Below are positions 1 to 11,355 of a DNA stretch of 55,053 nucleotides, piece after piece (positions within the stretch are counted from its first letter, which is position 1; every line of letters begins with the position of its first letter). This stretch comes from Octopus bimaculoides (taxonomy: Eukaryota), in NCBI RefSeq assembly GCF_001194135.2, contig NC_068983.1, positions 47,683,112 to 47,738,164 on the forward strand, given 5' to 3'. Made by a program: the position numbers and the translations under genes. The notes under the pieces were generated by a model. The model had not been told where the DNA came from. It did not search any database and saw nothing but the letters and a program-made list of their open reading frames with translations.

Positions 1-42
<42 letters not shown>
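1..42. repeat. (TA)n microsatellite
   Basis: Perfect TA run at the window start. Confidence 0.99.
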
Positions 43-43
<1 letters not shown>

Positions 44-196
44 TTTCCTAGTTTACAGCTGAGGCTGGAGCTAGGGATCCGTACTAGGCTTCCGTGTTAG
101 CAGGCTTATATTTGAAGAAAAGGACAACAGAAACCAAGTCAGGACGATTATCTTAAATCATTTATAATAATTTAATTAGGGTAAAGTGAATTTGAA

Positions 197-272
197 GTCT
201 TACAGCTGTTTCTGGGGTACCCCAAGTGATAAGCTACCATGCCCGTACACTGGGTATTCCGTCATGAGTGAA
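197..272 (-). ncRNA. Type I hammerhead-ribozyme-like motif (degenerate), left arm
   Basis: The minus strand reads CTCATGA...TGGGGTACCCCA-GAAA-C-AGCT-G-TA-AGAC. The 3' half is intact; the core is mutated to CTCATGA. Confidence 0.4.
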
Positions 273-747
273 AAGTTGAGTAAGTATGAGAGCTCTAGAC
301 AGGGAAATTCACAGTTTACAAGGAATAAAAATAGAGGAATAAAGAGTAAGAATAGCTAGAAGAATACTGACAGGAGAAAAAAGTTCACAGTTCATCTTTT
401 TCCAGAGGGTATGGGGGTTGGTCTGTACTTCCGTGAAGGTATAGCCCTAAGGTATAATCCCAGGTAGATCCATGCATTTTTGTTTTTACATACGAGCTAA
501 CCACTCAATCAACACGAACACATCATTCCAAATACTGCCAAAGTACTGCCTGGATCTACCTGGGATTATCCCTAAGGACTTATACCTTCACGGAAGTACG
601 GGCCAACCTCCATACCCTCTAGAAAAAGATGAACAGTGAACATTTTTCTCCTGTCTGTATTCTATCTGCTTTTACTCTTTATTCCTTATTTTTATTCCTT
701 ATAAACTGTGAATTTTCCTATCTAGAACTTTCATACATACTCAGCTT

Positions 748-823
748 GTCTCTGATGACGGAATAACCAGTGTACGAACATGCTAGCCTATCACTTGGGA
801 TATCCCAGAAACAGCTGTAATAC
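748..823 (+). ncRNA. Type I hammerhead-ribozyme-like motif (degenerate), right arm
   Basis: GTCT-CTGATGA(752-758)...TGGGATATCCCA-GAAA(808-811)-C-AGCT-G-TA-ATAC. The core is intact and stem III has a palindromic loop; the stem I 3' strand is ATAC instead of AGAC. Confidence 0.5.
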
Positions 824-903
824 TTCAAATTCACCTTACCCTAATACAATTATTATAAATGACTTGAGATACTCCTCCTGCTTTAGTTTTTGTTGTCCTT
901 TTC

Positions 904-938
<35 letters not shown>

Positions 939-940
<2 letters not shown>

Positions 941-2590
941 TAAAATTCACTTTCACCGTTGCTCTTTGTGATTACTATGGCTTCATTATAGTTTGTCTTA
1001 CAGAAAACAGATAATGGATATCAGGTTAAAAATAGAGGACCTATCTACTCTACATGGATGATCTGAAGTTCTTTGGTAAGAATGAATCACCGGTTGATTA
1101 ACAGGTCAGAACGGTTAACTGGTGCTGTAAGGACATTTAGATAGAGTTTGGAATTGCAAAATGCGTCACACTGACTAGGGACAGAGATAGGCGTGTATGT
1201 AGTAGTGAGATTGAATTATCTAATGGAAAGTCAATTGGTGATCCCGAGGACAGCAGGTACAAATATCTGGATGTTTTAGAGTTGGACAAAGTTCGGAATG
1301 AGAAAATAAAATTTGAAGGAAGTCTATCTCAACAAATTAGAGCAGCTACTGAAAACGAAATTTAACAGGAAGAACTTGATTACGTTATCAAATACTGAAT
1401 TGTGTTGGTTATTAGATATAGTGCGCCTGTTTTGAATTAGATCAAAGAAGAGATAGAGAAGTTGGATATATTAATGCGAAACAAAATGGTTGACAATGAT
1501 GCATTGCTCCCCGCTAAAAAAGCAAAACAAATATTATGAGACTATATACACCACCGAATGTTGGATGACATTGGCTTGTATGTGAGAAAGATTGCGTGGC
1601 TAATGAATGCAGGCCTTTAAATTTGTATTTAGCCAGTTGTAGAGAAGAACATTTAAGATATGTTGCCAAAAGCAGAGGCTTATGCATTGGAACTAGCGAA
1701 ACTAAAAAGAAAATTACAAACAATGGTTGCTAGCTGAGAAACTGAGAATGATGGAAGGAATGAATGAACATGGTCAATTCTAAAGACAAACGAAAGAAGA
1801 GGAAGTAAAAATAGAAGCCTCATGGAATTGGATGACAAAAGGTGATCTGAAGAGAGAGAGAGAGACAAAAAAATCGGTGGTGGCTGTTCAGGATCAAGTA
1901 TTAAACATTAACTCAGTAAGGAGTATGTAATAACCCAGAGGAAACGCGTAAATGTAGGTTATGTGGAATGAAGGTAGAAAGTGTGGTACACATCATGAGA
2001 GCCTGTAATATGCTTGTGCAGAGAGAATTTAAAAGGTGCCAGTATAAAGTCTACGTATGCAAGAAGTATGGGTTTCCGACCACCGAAATGTAGAAGTGGT
2101 TTCAGCACAAACCATAGAAAGTCATAGAAAATCATACTGCGTAATCCAGACAGGCAGAGTCCTTGAAAACACAGGCTGGGCATAACTTTGGTGGAGAAAG
2201 ATACATTAAAGAGGTGTATGTTGATTGATGTAGCTTGCTCAAGATATCATTATCAATGGTAAAGAGAAAGAGGATGTCGTAGAGCATGAAAACAAGGTAA
2301 CAGATGAAGACCGAATGTGGAATATGAAATCATTTCTGATTGGAGCACTGAGGTCGCTTACGAAAAATCTTCAGAAATACCTTGACACAATTGGAATTTG
2401 TTCTAGCATTATGACATTACAGAAGACAACACTTCTGTGAAGCACTATCCATCTAAGGTTACATAACTTGATAGGGAGTCATTTAAACAATCCGGTGTTA
2501 ACAAGATCATAACCGTTCATCTTAAGGATTGCTACTGCTGCTGCTGCTACTACTAATACAACTACTACTAATACAACTACTACTAATAGG
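939..2590 (+). mobile_element. 5'-truncated, decayed R4/Dong-like non-LTR retrotransposon (RT C-half, CCHC knuckle, RLE region, 3' tail)
   Basis: NSLSPLLFVITM at ~943; YMDDLKFFGKNES from 1051; CRLCGMKVESVVHIMRAC (CX2CX8HX4C) from 1953; GALRSLTKNLQKYLDTIGI ~2342; LQKTTLL. Many stops and frameshifts. (CTG/CTA/AAT) tail at 2530-2590. Confidence 0.9.
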
Positions 2591-3074
2591 AATTACAGAG
2601 TTTTATATGCTAGATAAACATGTAAGGAATTTCAATCCACCTACACACCCACTCACCCATCCATATATACGCAAGTTAGTACTGACATGCATCGGTAACA
2701 GATCTTCTGTGTTTGGATGTGTTTATGAGTCAAATCTTTTTAAGTTCTAACAACCCGATAGACATAACTTTAAGCAGGCACAATACGGTTGTATAATTTC
2801 TGGTGCAAAATGCGAACACTTAAAAAAGTGACAGTGATGTGCAGCACTTTCTGGAGTTTAAGCTTACCTGTGATTATTGTTGGCCTTAAGTTTTAAGAGA
2901 CGAAGAGCCGCTCGGTATGTGTCAACGATGCAACCCATCGCCGGGAAACGCATAAATGTCAGAGAAAATCCAGTGACAAATGAGGTGTTAGGTCATGTGC
3001 GGTCAATTCGGTTCCATTGATGGTAAAAAAAACAATAGAGAATATGTTCTATATGTGTATGCTTGTGTATAGGT

Positions 3075-3120
<46 letters not shown>

Positions 3121-3455
3121 TATATACATATATATACAGTGTGTGTGTATATACATATGTATACACACACACACGTATACATATACTTATTTATATATAC
3201 GTATATATATATATATATACATACATATATACGCGTACATATACATATATATACATGTAGATTTAATGATACCTATGTAGATATATGCATATATACATAT
3301 ACGTATACACATAAACATACATATGTTTATATATATACATGCATACATACCCATACATACACACACACATATATTTATATACGCATAAATAAATATATAT
3401 ATATCCACATTTACGTAAGCATATGTACATATTTTTCTAAATACATTTCTGTATA

Positions 3456-3487
<32 letters not shown>

Positions 3488-4032
3488 NNNNNNNNNNNNN
3501 NNNNNNNNNNNNNNNNNNNNNNNNNNNNNNNNNNNNNNNNNNNNNNNNNNNNNNNNNNNNNNNNNNNNNNNNNNNNNNNNNNNNNNNNNNNNNNNNNNNN
3601 NNNNNNNNNNNNNNNNNNNNNNNNNNNNNNNNNNNNNNNNNNNNNNNNNNNNNNNNNNNNNNNNNNNNNNNNNNNNNNNNNNNNNNNNNNNNNNNNNNNN
3701 NNNNNNNNNNNNNNNNNNNNNNNNNNNNNNNNNNNNNNNNNNNNNNNNNNNNNNNNNNNNNNNNNNNNNNNNNNNNNNNNNNNNNNNNNNNNNNNNNNNN
3801 NNNNNNNNNNNNNNNNNNNNNNNNNNNNNTTTAGATGTGCACATGCTTTCTTTTTGATGTGCACCGTTTCGAAAATTTCTTATTTTTGTTTCGTAGCAAC
3901 TCTATTAGTAAAAAGATGTATGTAGATGCATAACTTGTATGTGTGTATGTATGTGTGTATGTATGTATGTATGTATGTATGTATGTATGTATGTATGTAT
4001 GCATTATGTATGTATGTATATATATACGTACG

Positions 4033-4063
<31 letters not shown>

Positions 4064-4320
4064 ACATATACATACACGTATGCACGTATGTATGTAATTA
4101 TTCAATTGTATTTCAAGATTTCTTGAAAATAGAGAAAGAACCGGTTTTTAACCTAGATCTAAGGCTCTTTCATTGCAATTTCAACATCAGCAACAGCGCA
4201 TTTTTGTATGAATGTATATATATGAAGATTTGTATGTTTTGTTTTATGTATGTATTCTCATGCATATAGTTGCATATCTAGACATGTTCATATATATCTA
4301 ATACTACGAGCTTATACACA

Positions 4321-4468
4321 TTTTCCGTCAAGCAAATTCACTCACTAAGCATTGGTCAGCCCGGATCTACAGTGTAAGACACTTGTGCAAGGTATCGCGC
4401 AGCTGGACTGAAATCAAAAGCATGTGATTGCAAAGCGAGATTCTTTACTAGACAGTCATTCCAGTGCA
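4321..4468 (-). mobile_element. SINE A head module, degenerate
   Basis: Reverse complement resembles the A head seen at 12912. Confidence 0.7.
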
Positions 4469-6513
4469 GATACATGCGTACATAAATACACACGTGCATA
4501 TGCACATTACACACATATAGTCTATATTAATATGTCAGCCAAGAAGAATAGAGATTGGTTAGAATCTAGTTTTAGTTGAGTGCGATTCGCGTTATATTCT
4601 ATGATTATTATACCAACTTATTAATTGATGAAGAACCTTGTATTTTACAGTATGTACGTATCACATGGTATCAATATCCTGAATGGTGGGCTATACTCTT
4701 TTCTGGTCATTATGTAAGCTGGGCTTATCAAAGAGTGTGCTTACCAGGCTATCCCCCTGGATTCATTAATATTTGTCCCCTTTCACTATACATGCGTACA
4801 TATACATAAGTGTCCATGTGACGGACTGGCGTTCATTTCAGGGGGCCCACACGCTTATCGAGCAGGGCAGCATCATACGAAAGCTGCAACGATGCGAGGA
4901 ACATTGTGTCCATTGATAGAAAACCACATACGATAGACTGTTCGAAATAGTGTTATATAGTGCTAAGCATTAAACAAATATTTAGCAATGTTCATAAAGT
5001 TCAATTAGCGCTTTCATACGTTCGTAGTAATCATCAGATTTCAAAATGTATTGATTAACAGTTGAGTTGAGTTCTTGACAACTGTAGTAAAATGACTGAC
5101 TTCCTTTTTATACCTTTTAGAAGGCTCCGACAAGCTGAATTTTTCGAATACCGTTTTGACCACTCAACATGTAGCTTAAAAGTCAGGGTTTTTCGGGTGC
5201 ACGGGACTTATGGTCCTTAAGCGTTAAATACGATATTCTATTTCTGATCTTATAGATAGCTAAATCTTTCGCTTCATCACTTGCTGCTAGATATTCGAAA
5301 ACCAATTTTATGCTCTAATATATTTTAAATTAAGCAAACGGACGTATCGGTGTTTGTGCCTACATTATATTGTCTTTCTTACGAAGAGTTTTGTTATATA
5401 CATAACTTTGAAAACTTCAGTATTTATTGAAACTCTCTTTAGCACTAGAAATATAATTATCAATGAGTTGTATGACTAAAATATACGGATATTGAGAAGT
5501 GTATCTACAGACGAAGGGAAAATTCCAACAATAGAACATTATAGAACGCTTGCTTTTACCATAATTTGAATTACCCTCGATGTCTGAAATTATGTAGAAT
5601 AAAAAACATATTTTCATAAGTACAACAGGGAATATTGAAGCTTCACTGGAATCGAACTAAAGGTAAAAATATGTAAGCCTACTCCAGACCAATAAGTAAA
5701 TAGTCCTACGAGACGGAAAACTATACGAGAAGAAAGATGATATTGTATTTTATAGTAAAGAAAAGTCAGTCTTCATTCTCAATCAAGAGGCAAAGTTACG
5801 AAGGATATCAAAACGTACAATTAAGAATGATGACTAAACCAGTCAACAAAACAGAATACTAAAATTTAACTAGATTTGAAATTTCGCTTTATGTTTACAT
5901 TCCAGTATTATGTGGACAACGGGAGAGATAAAAATACCATTTTCATGAATAAGTGCATTCATACAGAGTCACATCGACGTATATANNNNNNNNNNNNNNN
6001 NNNNNNNNNNNNNNNNNNNNNNNNNNNNNNNNNNNNNNNNNNNNNNNNNNNNNNNNNNNNNNNNNNNNNNNNNNNNNNNNNNNNNNNNNNNNNNNNNNNN
6101 NNNNNNNNNNNNNNNNNNNNNNNNNNNNNNNNNNNNNNNNNNNNNNNNNNNNNNNNNNNNNNNNNNNNNNNNNNNNNNNNNNNNNNNNNNNNNNNNNNNN
6201 NNNNNNNNNNNNNNNNNNNNNNNNNNNNNNNNNNNNNNNNNNNNNNNNNNNNNNNNNNNNNNNNNNNNNNNNNNNNNNNNNNNNNNNNNNNNNNNNNNNN
6301 NNNNNNNNNNNNNNNNNNNNNNNNNNNNNNNNNNNNNNNNNNNNNNNNNNNNNNNNNNNNNNNNNNNNNNNNNNNNATATATATACATATATATATATGC
6401 TTATATATATACATGCATATATATATATACATATATACACATATACCTAATATTTACATCTAAATATAGTATATATAAAATGTTATGTATATATGCTTAT
6501 ATATATATATGGA

Positions 6514-6558
<45 letters not shown>

Positions 6559-7121
6559 ATATATATACTTATAAATATATATATGTATGTGTCTATCATG
6601 CTAATACTTATAAATATATATAATGCGTACATACATACATGCATACACACATACGTACATACACAAATTCATATAAACACACGTATTAATATATATGTAT
6701 ATAAAACATATGTGAAAAAGTCTCTATTCAGAGCTATTCAATAGCCAGGTTAACAAAGGCAGTAGTTTGATGACATTTTTTATTATATATGGTCTAGAAG
6801 AAAATCAAATTGATATGTACTTCATTACTTGATTCAGAAATAAAACATTTTTACACACGTTTCACGTCAACTAGTTTTATTAGTTTTATTTTAACAAGCT
6901 TTTCAAACCTTCATATTATGATTCGAGACTAGACTACACAATAGCTTGTATTTAACGACACACACTCACTCATAGCGTACATATATACTCATACACATAT
7001 ATACTCATACACATATATACTCATACAAATATAGAAATATAATATTTACGTATGCAAGTACACACACACACACTTACACACACATATTTGGACACACGCA
7101 CATATGTATGTGTGTGTGTGC

Positions 7122-7156
<35 letters not shown>

Positions 7157-7161
7157 TGTAT

Positions 7162-7210
<49 letters not shown>

Positions 7211-7333
7211 CACACACATATAGCCATGTATATATGTTTGTGTATATTTATGAACATATTTATGTATGACATGGGCACATAAGTACATTTCTTTGTCTGT
7301 ATGTATGTGTACGTGCGCGCGCACACACACACA

Positions 7334-7389
<56 letters not shown>

Positions 7390-8141
7390 CACACAAACAG
7401 GTATGATCAAATACACATAAGCTATGTGCATATATAGCTACTCGCATTCTTATATGTATGTTATATATGTGTGTATGTATATGTATGTGTGCATATATAT
7501 ATGTATATATACATATATCTGTATGTTAGTGTAGTGTGTGTATGTGTCTTTGTTGTGCGTTAATGATTGCTTGTCGTGTTCCGGTGAAGAATCACTTGGA
7601 AAATGGTTTAAGACCTACACTAATAAATACTTGATCAATTCAATTGAGTAAGTACAACAGAATTTACATAAGTTTTATGTAAATTCTCTATTTAGATTTT
7701 CTTTCTTTTTAGTCATGCGTAAAGTAGGATGAAATTGTAAATATATATTTACATTTGAAAAAAAAAATTATATGTAAATATAGTTTCTCACTTTCGATTT
7801 TGCTTTATGCATCAAAACCAGCACGTCGCTGTTTTTTCTTTAAAACATCTACCCACACACAGAGACAACTGTATATTGTCATGTAAATTTTATTATTATA
7901 CTTGAAGTAAGTATTCTTGTTTTCCTTTACAAACAGTACACTGCACTCAATATTTTCTCCCTTCCATCTTTCTTTCCTCCCCGCTTAGCCTCATTCAAAA
8001 TGTGTCTTTTAACAATACATAGTTGCTCTTGACATAAATCTATTTATATCGTTTGAGTATCAAAATGCAGTGCCATGAAAATCGATAACCGTCTTGCACA
8101 GGCATCGCATTCATTTACGACAGGGTATATTACTTCTTCTA

Positions 8142-8522
8142 ATTATGGTTTCAAATTTTGGCACAAGGCCAGCAATTCTCTGGAGGAAGGAATCAATCGA
8201 TTACCTCGACTCTTGTGCCCAACTGGTACTTAATATATGGAACACCATAAGGCGGCGAGCTGTCGGAATCGTTAGCAGACCGGTTAAAATGCTTACCGGC
8301 ATTTTCGTCTGTTTTTACGTTCTGTGTTCAAACTTCGCCGAGATCCACTTTGCCTTTCATTCTTTCGGGTCGGTAAAATAAATACCAGTTGATCAGTGGG
8401 GTCGATGTAATCGACTCTCCTCTATCCCGAAATTACTGGCCTCGTGCCAGAATCTGAAACCATTGTATGGATTCCAAAAGTGTGAAAGACAAAGTCAATC
8501 TCGGTGGGATTTGAATTTAGAG
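8142..8522 (-). mobile_element. SINE B (minus) split by an inserted plus-strand SINE B
   Basis: 8142-8235 is the B 3' end; 8468-8522 is the B middle (AAAGTCAATCTCGGTGGGATTTGAATTTAG). Confidence 0.75.
8251..8464 (+). mobile_element. SINE B
   Basis: GGCGGCGAGCTG...GTTCAAAC (B-box-like)...GGGGTCGATGTAATCGAC...GAAACCATT. Confidence 0.9.
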
Positions 8523-8679
8523 GTGCAGGAGTGGCTGTGGTAAGAAGCACACTTCCGAACCACATGGTTCCGGGTTCAGTCTCACTGCGTGTCACCTTGA
8601 GCAAGTGTCTTCTACTATAGCCTTGGGCCGACCAAAGCCTTGCGAGAGGATTTGGTAGATGGAAACTGAAAGAAGCCTG

Positions 8680-8721
<42 letters not shown>

Positions 8722-8834
8722 GTGTGTGTGTGTGTGAGTGTGTGTATATGATCGCTTGATAACCGATGCTGGTGTGTTTACGTCCCCGTAACTTAGCGAT
8801 TCGCCAAAAGAGACCGATAGAATAAGTACTAGGC
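8522..8834 (+). mobile_element. SINE A (head + (CA)n/(TA)/(TG)n + truncated tail module)
   Basis: TGGCTGTGGT A-box-like, GGTTCAGTCTC B-box-like and CORE-like CCTTGAGCAAGTGTC; the tail module is cut at ATAAGTACTAGGC. Confidence 0.9.
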
Positions 8835-9534
8835 CTATATGTGGGAGGTATATGTTGCCCCTATATAGAAGACCAGCGTTTGCCAAAGCGTCTTTTTTAT
8901 GATGTCTCAACTCTACATAAGTAGAGGAAAAGGTAAAGAAATTGTGTGAAGGAAAACTTGAAGAAGGAAAACTTGAAGAAACTAGATATGAACAAAATTG
9001 ATTGGGAAAATGGCGCTCTAGATCGGAAAAAGTGGACAGGTGCTGTTGGGCCTGGTTGCAATGCCTGGGAGGAAAAGATGCTTCAGCACTCCGAACTTAA
9101 AAGGGCCTGTCATAAAGGAATAATTAGAACTGTAATCAACACTGAACATTGGATATGTATTATATGTGACCGTGTTCTATGGTCAAAAGTAGGATATGTG
9201 AACCATATGAAGTCACATGAACATCGTAATGCCCAGAAAGGTAATGATCTAGGACACCAACCACCTCTTACGACTTGTGTCATACGTCAAAAAAAAAAAA
9301 TGTAAGACAATATCTGGACTTAAATGACATATGCTACTTCACAAAAAAACATTCCTTCATAATCAGATTCCAAAACGCAAATATATAGAGGAAATTTGAA
9401 TAATATCTGTCACTTGTGTTTTAAACCCTGTCAGTCAGCAGCTGGTCTTAAAAGCCATCTAAGGGCTCATTAATGGAGTGATTCTGCTGTGTGGTGGGGT
9501 GTAGCTTTTCTATCAATACACACACACACACACA

Positions 9535-9572
<38 letters not shown>
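8835..9572 (+). mobile_element. RTE-like LINE 3' end with three C2H2-type fingers and a (CA)n tail
   Basis: IEDQRLPKRLFY, ENLKKLDMNKIDWENGALDRKKW (RTE thumb/C-terminal motifs); CIICDRVLWSKVGYVNHMKSH, a decayed second finger, CHLCFKPCQSAAGLKSHLRAH* (stop 9471-9473); short UTR then (CA)n. Confidence 0.8.
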
Positions 9573-9712
9573 NNNNNNNNNNNNNNNNNNNNNNNNNNNN
9601 NNNNNNNNNNNNNNNNNNNNNNNNNNNNNNNNNNNNNNNNNNNNNNNNNNNNNNNNNNNNNNATATATATAAACGATATATGTATGTATTTATGAATAAA
9701 TATGTTTATGTG

Positions 9713-9817
<105 letters not shown>

Positions 9818-10159
9818 AATTTGGAAAGCCATAATGTGCTATATATAGATGCCGACATGACGCACAAGAAGGATTCACTGATTTTCTGGAGGAATTCTAC
9901 TAGACTGATGAAGCACACTGGCAACGCATTTGACGTCACGATTGGCTTTCTTTGATGAGGCAGGTGTCTCAAACCTAATTGAAGTAATTTTCTTCGCTAA
10001 ACATGAATTGGGATTTCACAGTTTGGACATAATCTTGTATACGAATGGCGGTTCAGCTATTTCCAACAATGTAAGCGGATAAATCCCAGATGGAGTAAGG
10101 AAAAACTTAATTAGTACGTTTAAGGAGTTTGGTTTTTAATATCACTGTAACTACTAATA

Positions 10160-10539
10160 GTGGAGGCGCAATGGCCCAGTTGTTAGGGCAGCGGAGTCGC
10201 GGTCATAGGATCGCAGTTTCGATTCTCAGGCCGGGCGTTGTGAGTGTTTATTGAGCGAAAACACCTAAAGCTTCACGAGGCTCCGGCACGGGATGGTGGC
10301 GAACCTTGCTGTACTCTTTCACTACAACTTTCTCTCGCTCTTCCTCTTTCTGTTGTGCCTGTAATTCAAATGGTCAACCTTGTCACACTGTGTCACGCTG
10401 AATATCCCCGAGAACTACGTTAAGAGTACAGGTATCTGTGGAATGCTCAGCCACTTGCATGTTAATTTCACGAGCAGGCTGTTCCGTTGATCGGATCAAC
10501 TGGAACCTTCGACGTCGTAAGCGACGGAGTGCCAACAAT
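10160..10539 (+). mobile_element. SINE C (tRNA-Arg-like head; possibly an octopus OR family), full length
   Basis: GTGGAGGCGCAATGGCCCAG...TTCGATTC; 8-bp TSD TACTAATA at 10152-10159 and 10540-10547. Confidence 0.92.
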
Positions 10540-10601
10540 TACTAATACAATAGATGCGATCGCTGTGATGCATTTCAGTTATTTGTACAGGAAAATACCA
10601 A

Positions 10602-10875
10602 GTGAACTCGTGACCTAGTGGCGAGGCTTTTGCACTCACGGTGGTAAGATTGTAGTTCCGACTCCTAGAGCGGGCAGTGAGGTGGCTTCTGGAGTAAAGA
10701 ATTCCACTTCCCATTGCTCCAGTCCACTTAGCTGTAAATGGATTTCAGTAATAGCTGGGAAGTTAACCCCGTGGCGGACTAGCATCCCGTCCAAAGGGGT
10801 GGGTGATAGTTAATCTCTGTCGTTTACATGCCAAAGAAACAGGGTTAAACTCAGGCCATGTGGTTCCTGGGGCTC
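10602..10875 (+). mobile_element. SINE D (tRNA-like head, CORE-like TGCTCCAGTCCAC, V/Meta-like tail)
   Basis: GTGACCTAGTGG head; ...CCCGTGGCGGACTAGCATCCCGTCCA... tail; homologous copy at 27883. Confidence 0.75.
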
Positions 10876-10944
10876 ATTACAGACTTAAATACATGAATAC
10901 TGATCATATACATAATCAGAACTCATAATCATTTATATTCTCTG

Positions 10945-11355
10945 GGCGCAGGCGAGGATGTGTGGGAAGACGCTTGCTTCCCAAATACATTGTCTCGGAT
11001 TCAGTCCCACTGTGTGGTACCTTGAGCAAATATTCTCTACTATAGCCTCGGGTCGATCAAAGCCTAGCGAGTGGATTTGGTAGAAAAAAAAAACTTAAAG
11101 AAGCCCATATATAAGTGTGTGTGTATCTACACAAAGACACGTGTGTGTTTTTGTGCATGTGTTTGTACCCCAAAACCGCTACACAACAAGTGTTTGTGTT
11201 TACGTCCCCGTAGTTTAGCGGTTTTGCAACAGAGACCAATAGAATAAATACGAGGCCTAAAAGCGTAAGTCCTTGGGTCGATTTGTTCGACTAAATCCCT
11301 TCAAAGCGGTGCCCCAGCATTGCTGGAGTCAAATGATTGAAACAATTAAAATTAA
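10945..11355 (+). mobile_element. SINE A, full bipartite copy
   Basis: Head, short internal microsatellite, tail module ending GTCAAATGATTGAAACAA. Confidence 0.9.

Larger units (their letters stand above)
114..906. mobile_element. Inverted pair of Penelope-like terminal repeats (arms ~114-475 and ~548-906, ~75-bp spacer)
   Basis: The arms are reverse complements along ~360 bp, e.g. CAGGTAGATCCA 461-472 / TGGATCTACCTG 551-562, and GAAGAAAAGGACAAC 114 / GTTGTCCTTTTCCTC ending 906. Identity is roughly 85% by eye. Each arm has a pyrimidine tract followed by a hammerhead-like motif, as in PLE pLTRs. Confidence 0.7.

Noticed and set aside
3017-4269. Long YI/HT/CV-repeat ORFs here and at 5876-7447, 15288-16140, 18504-19169, 37706-38383, 41325-42434, 43991-45505 and 51290-51858
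   Set aside because: They are translations of dinucleotide/tetranucleotide microsatellites or run through N-gaps; not genes.
5122-5221. Possible terminal exon RLRQAEFFEYRFDHSTCSLKVRVFRVHGTYGP* or a TTAA-transposon end
   Set aside because: No recognisable protein and no matching opposite TIR was found; unsupported either way.
8946-9305. ORF with a C2H2 finger as a host zinc-finger gene
   Set aside because: Preceded by RTE thumb motifs with stops and followed by a (CA)n tail; it is a LINE terminus.
10160-10240. tRNA genes at SINE heads (also 12912, 34240-34322, 37450)
   Set aside because: Only A/B-box-like heads without a full cloverleaf, continuing into SINE bodies with TSDs.
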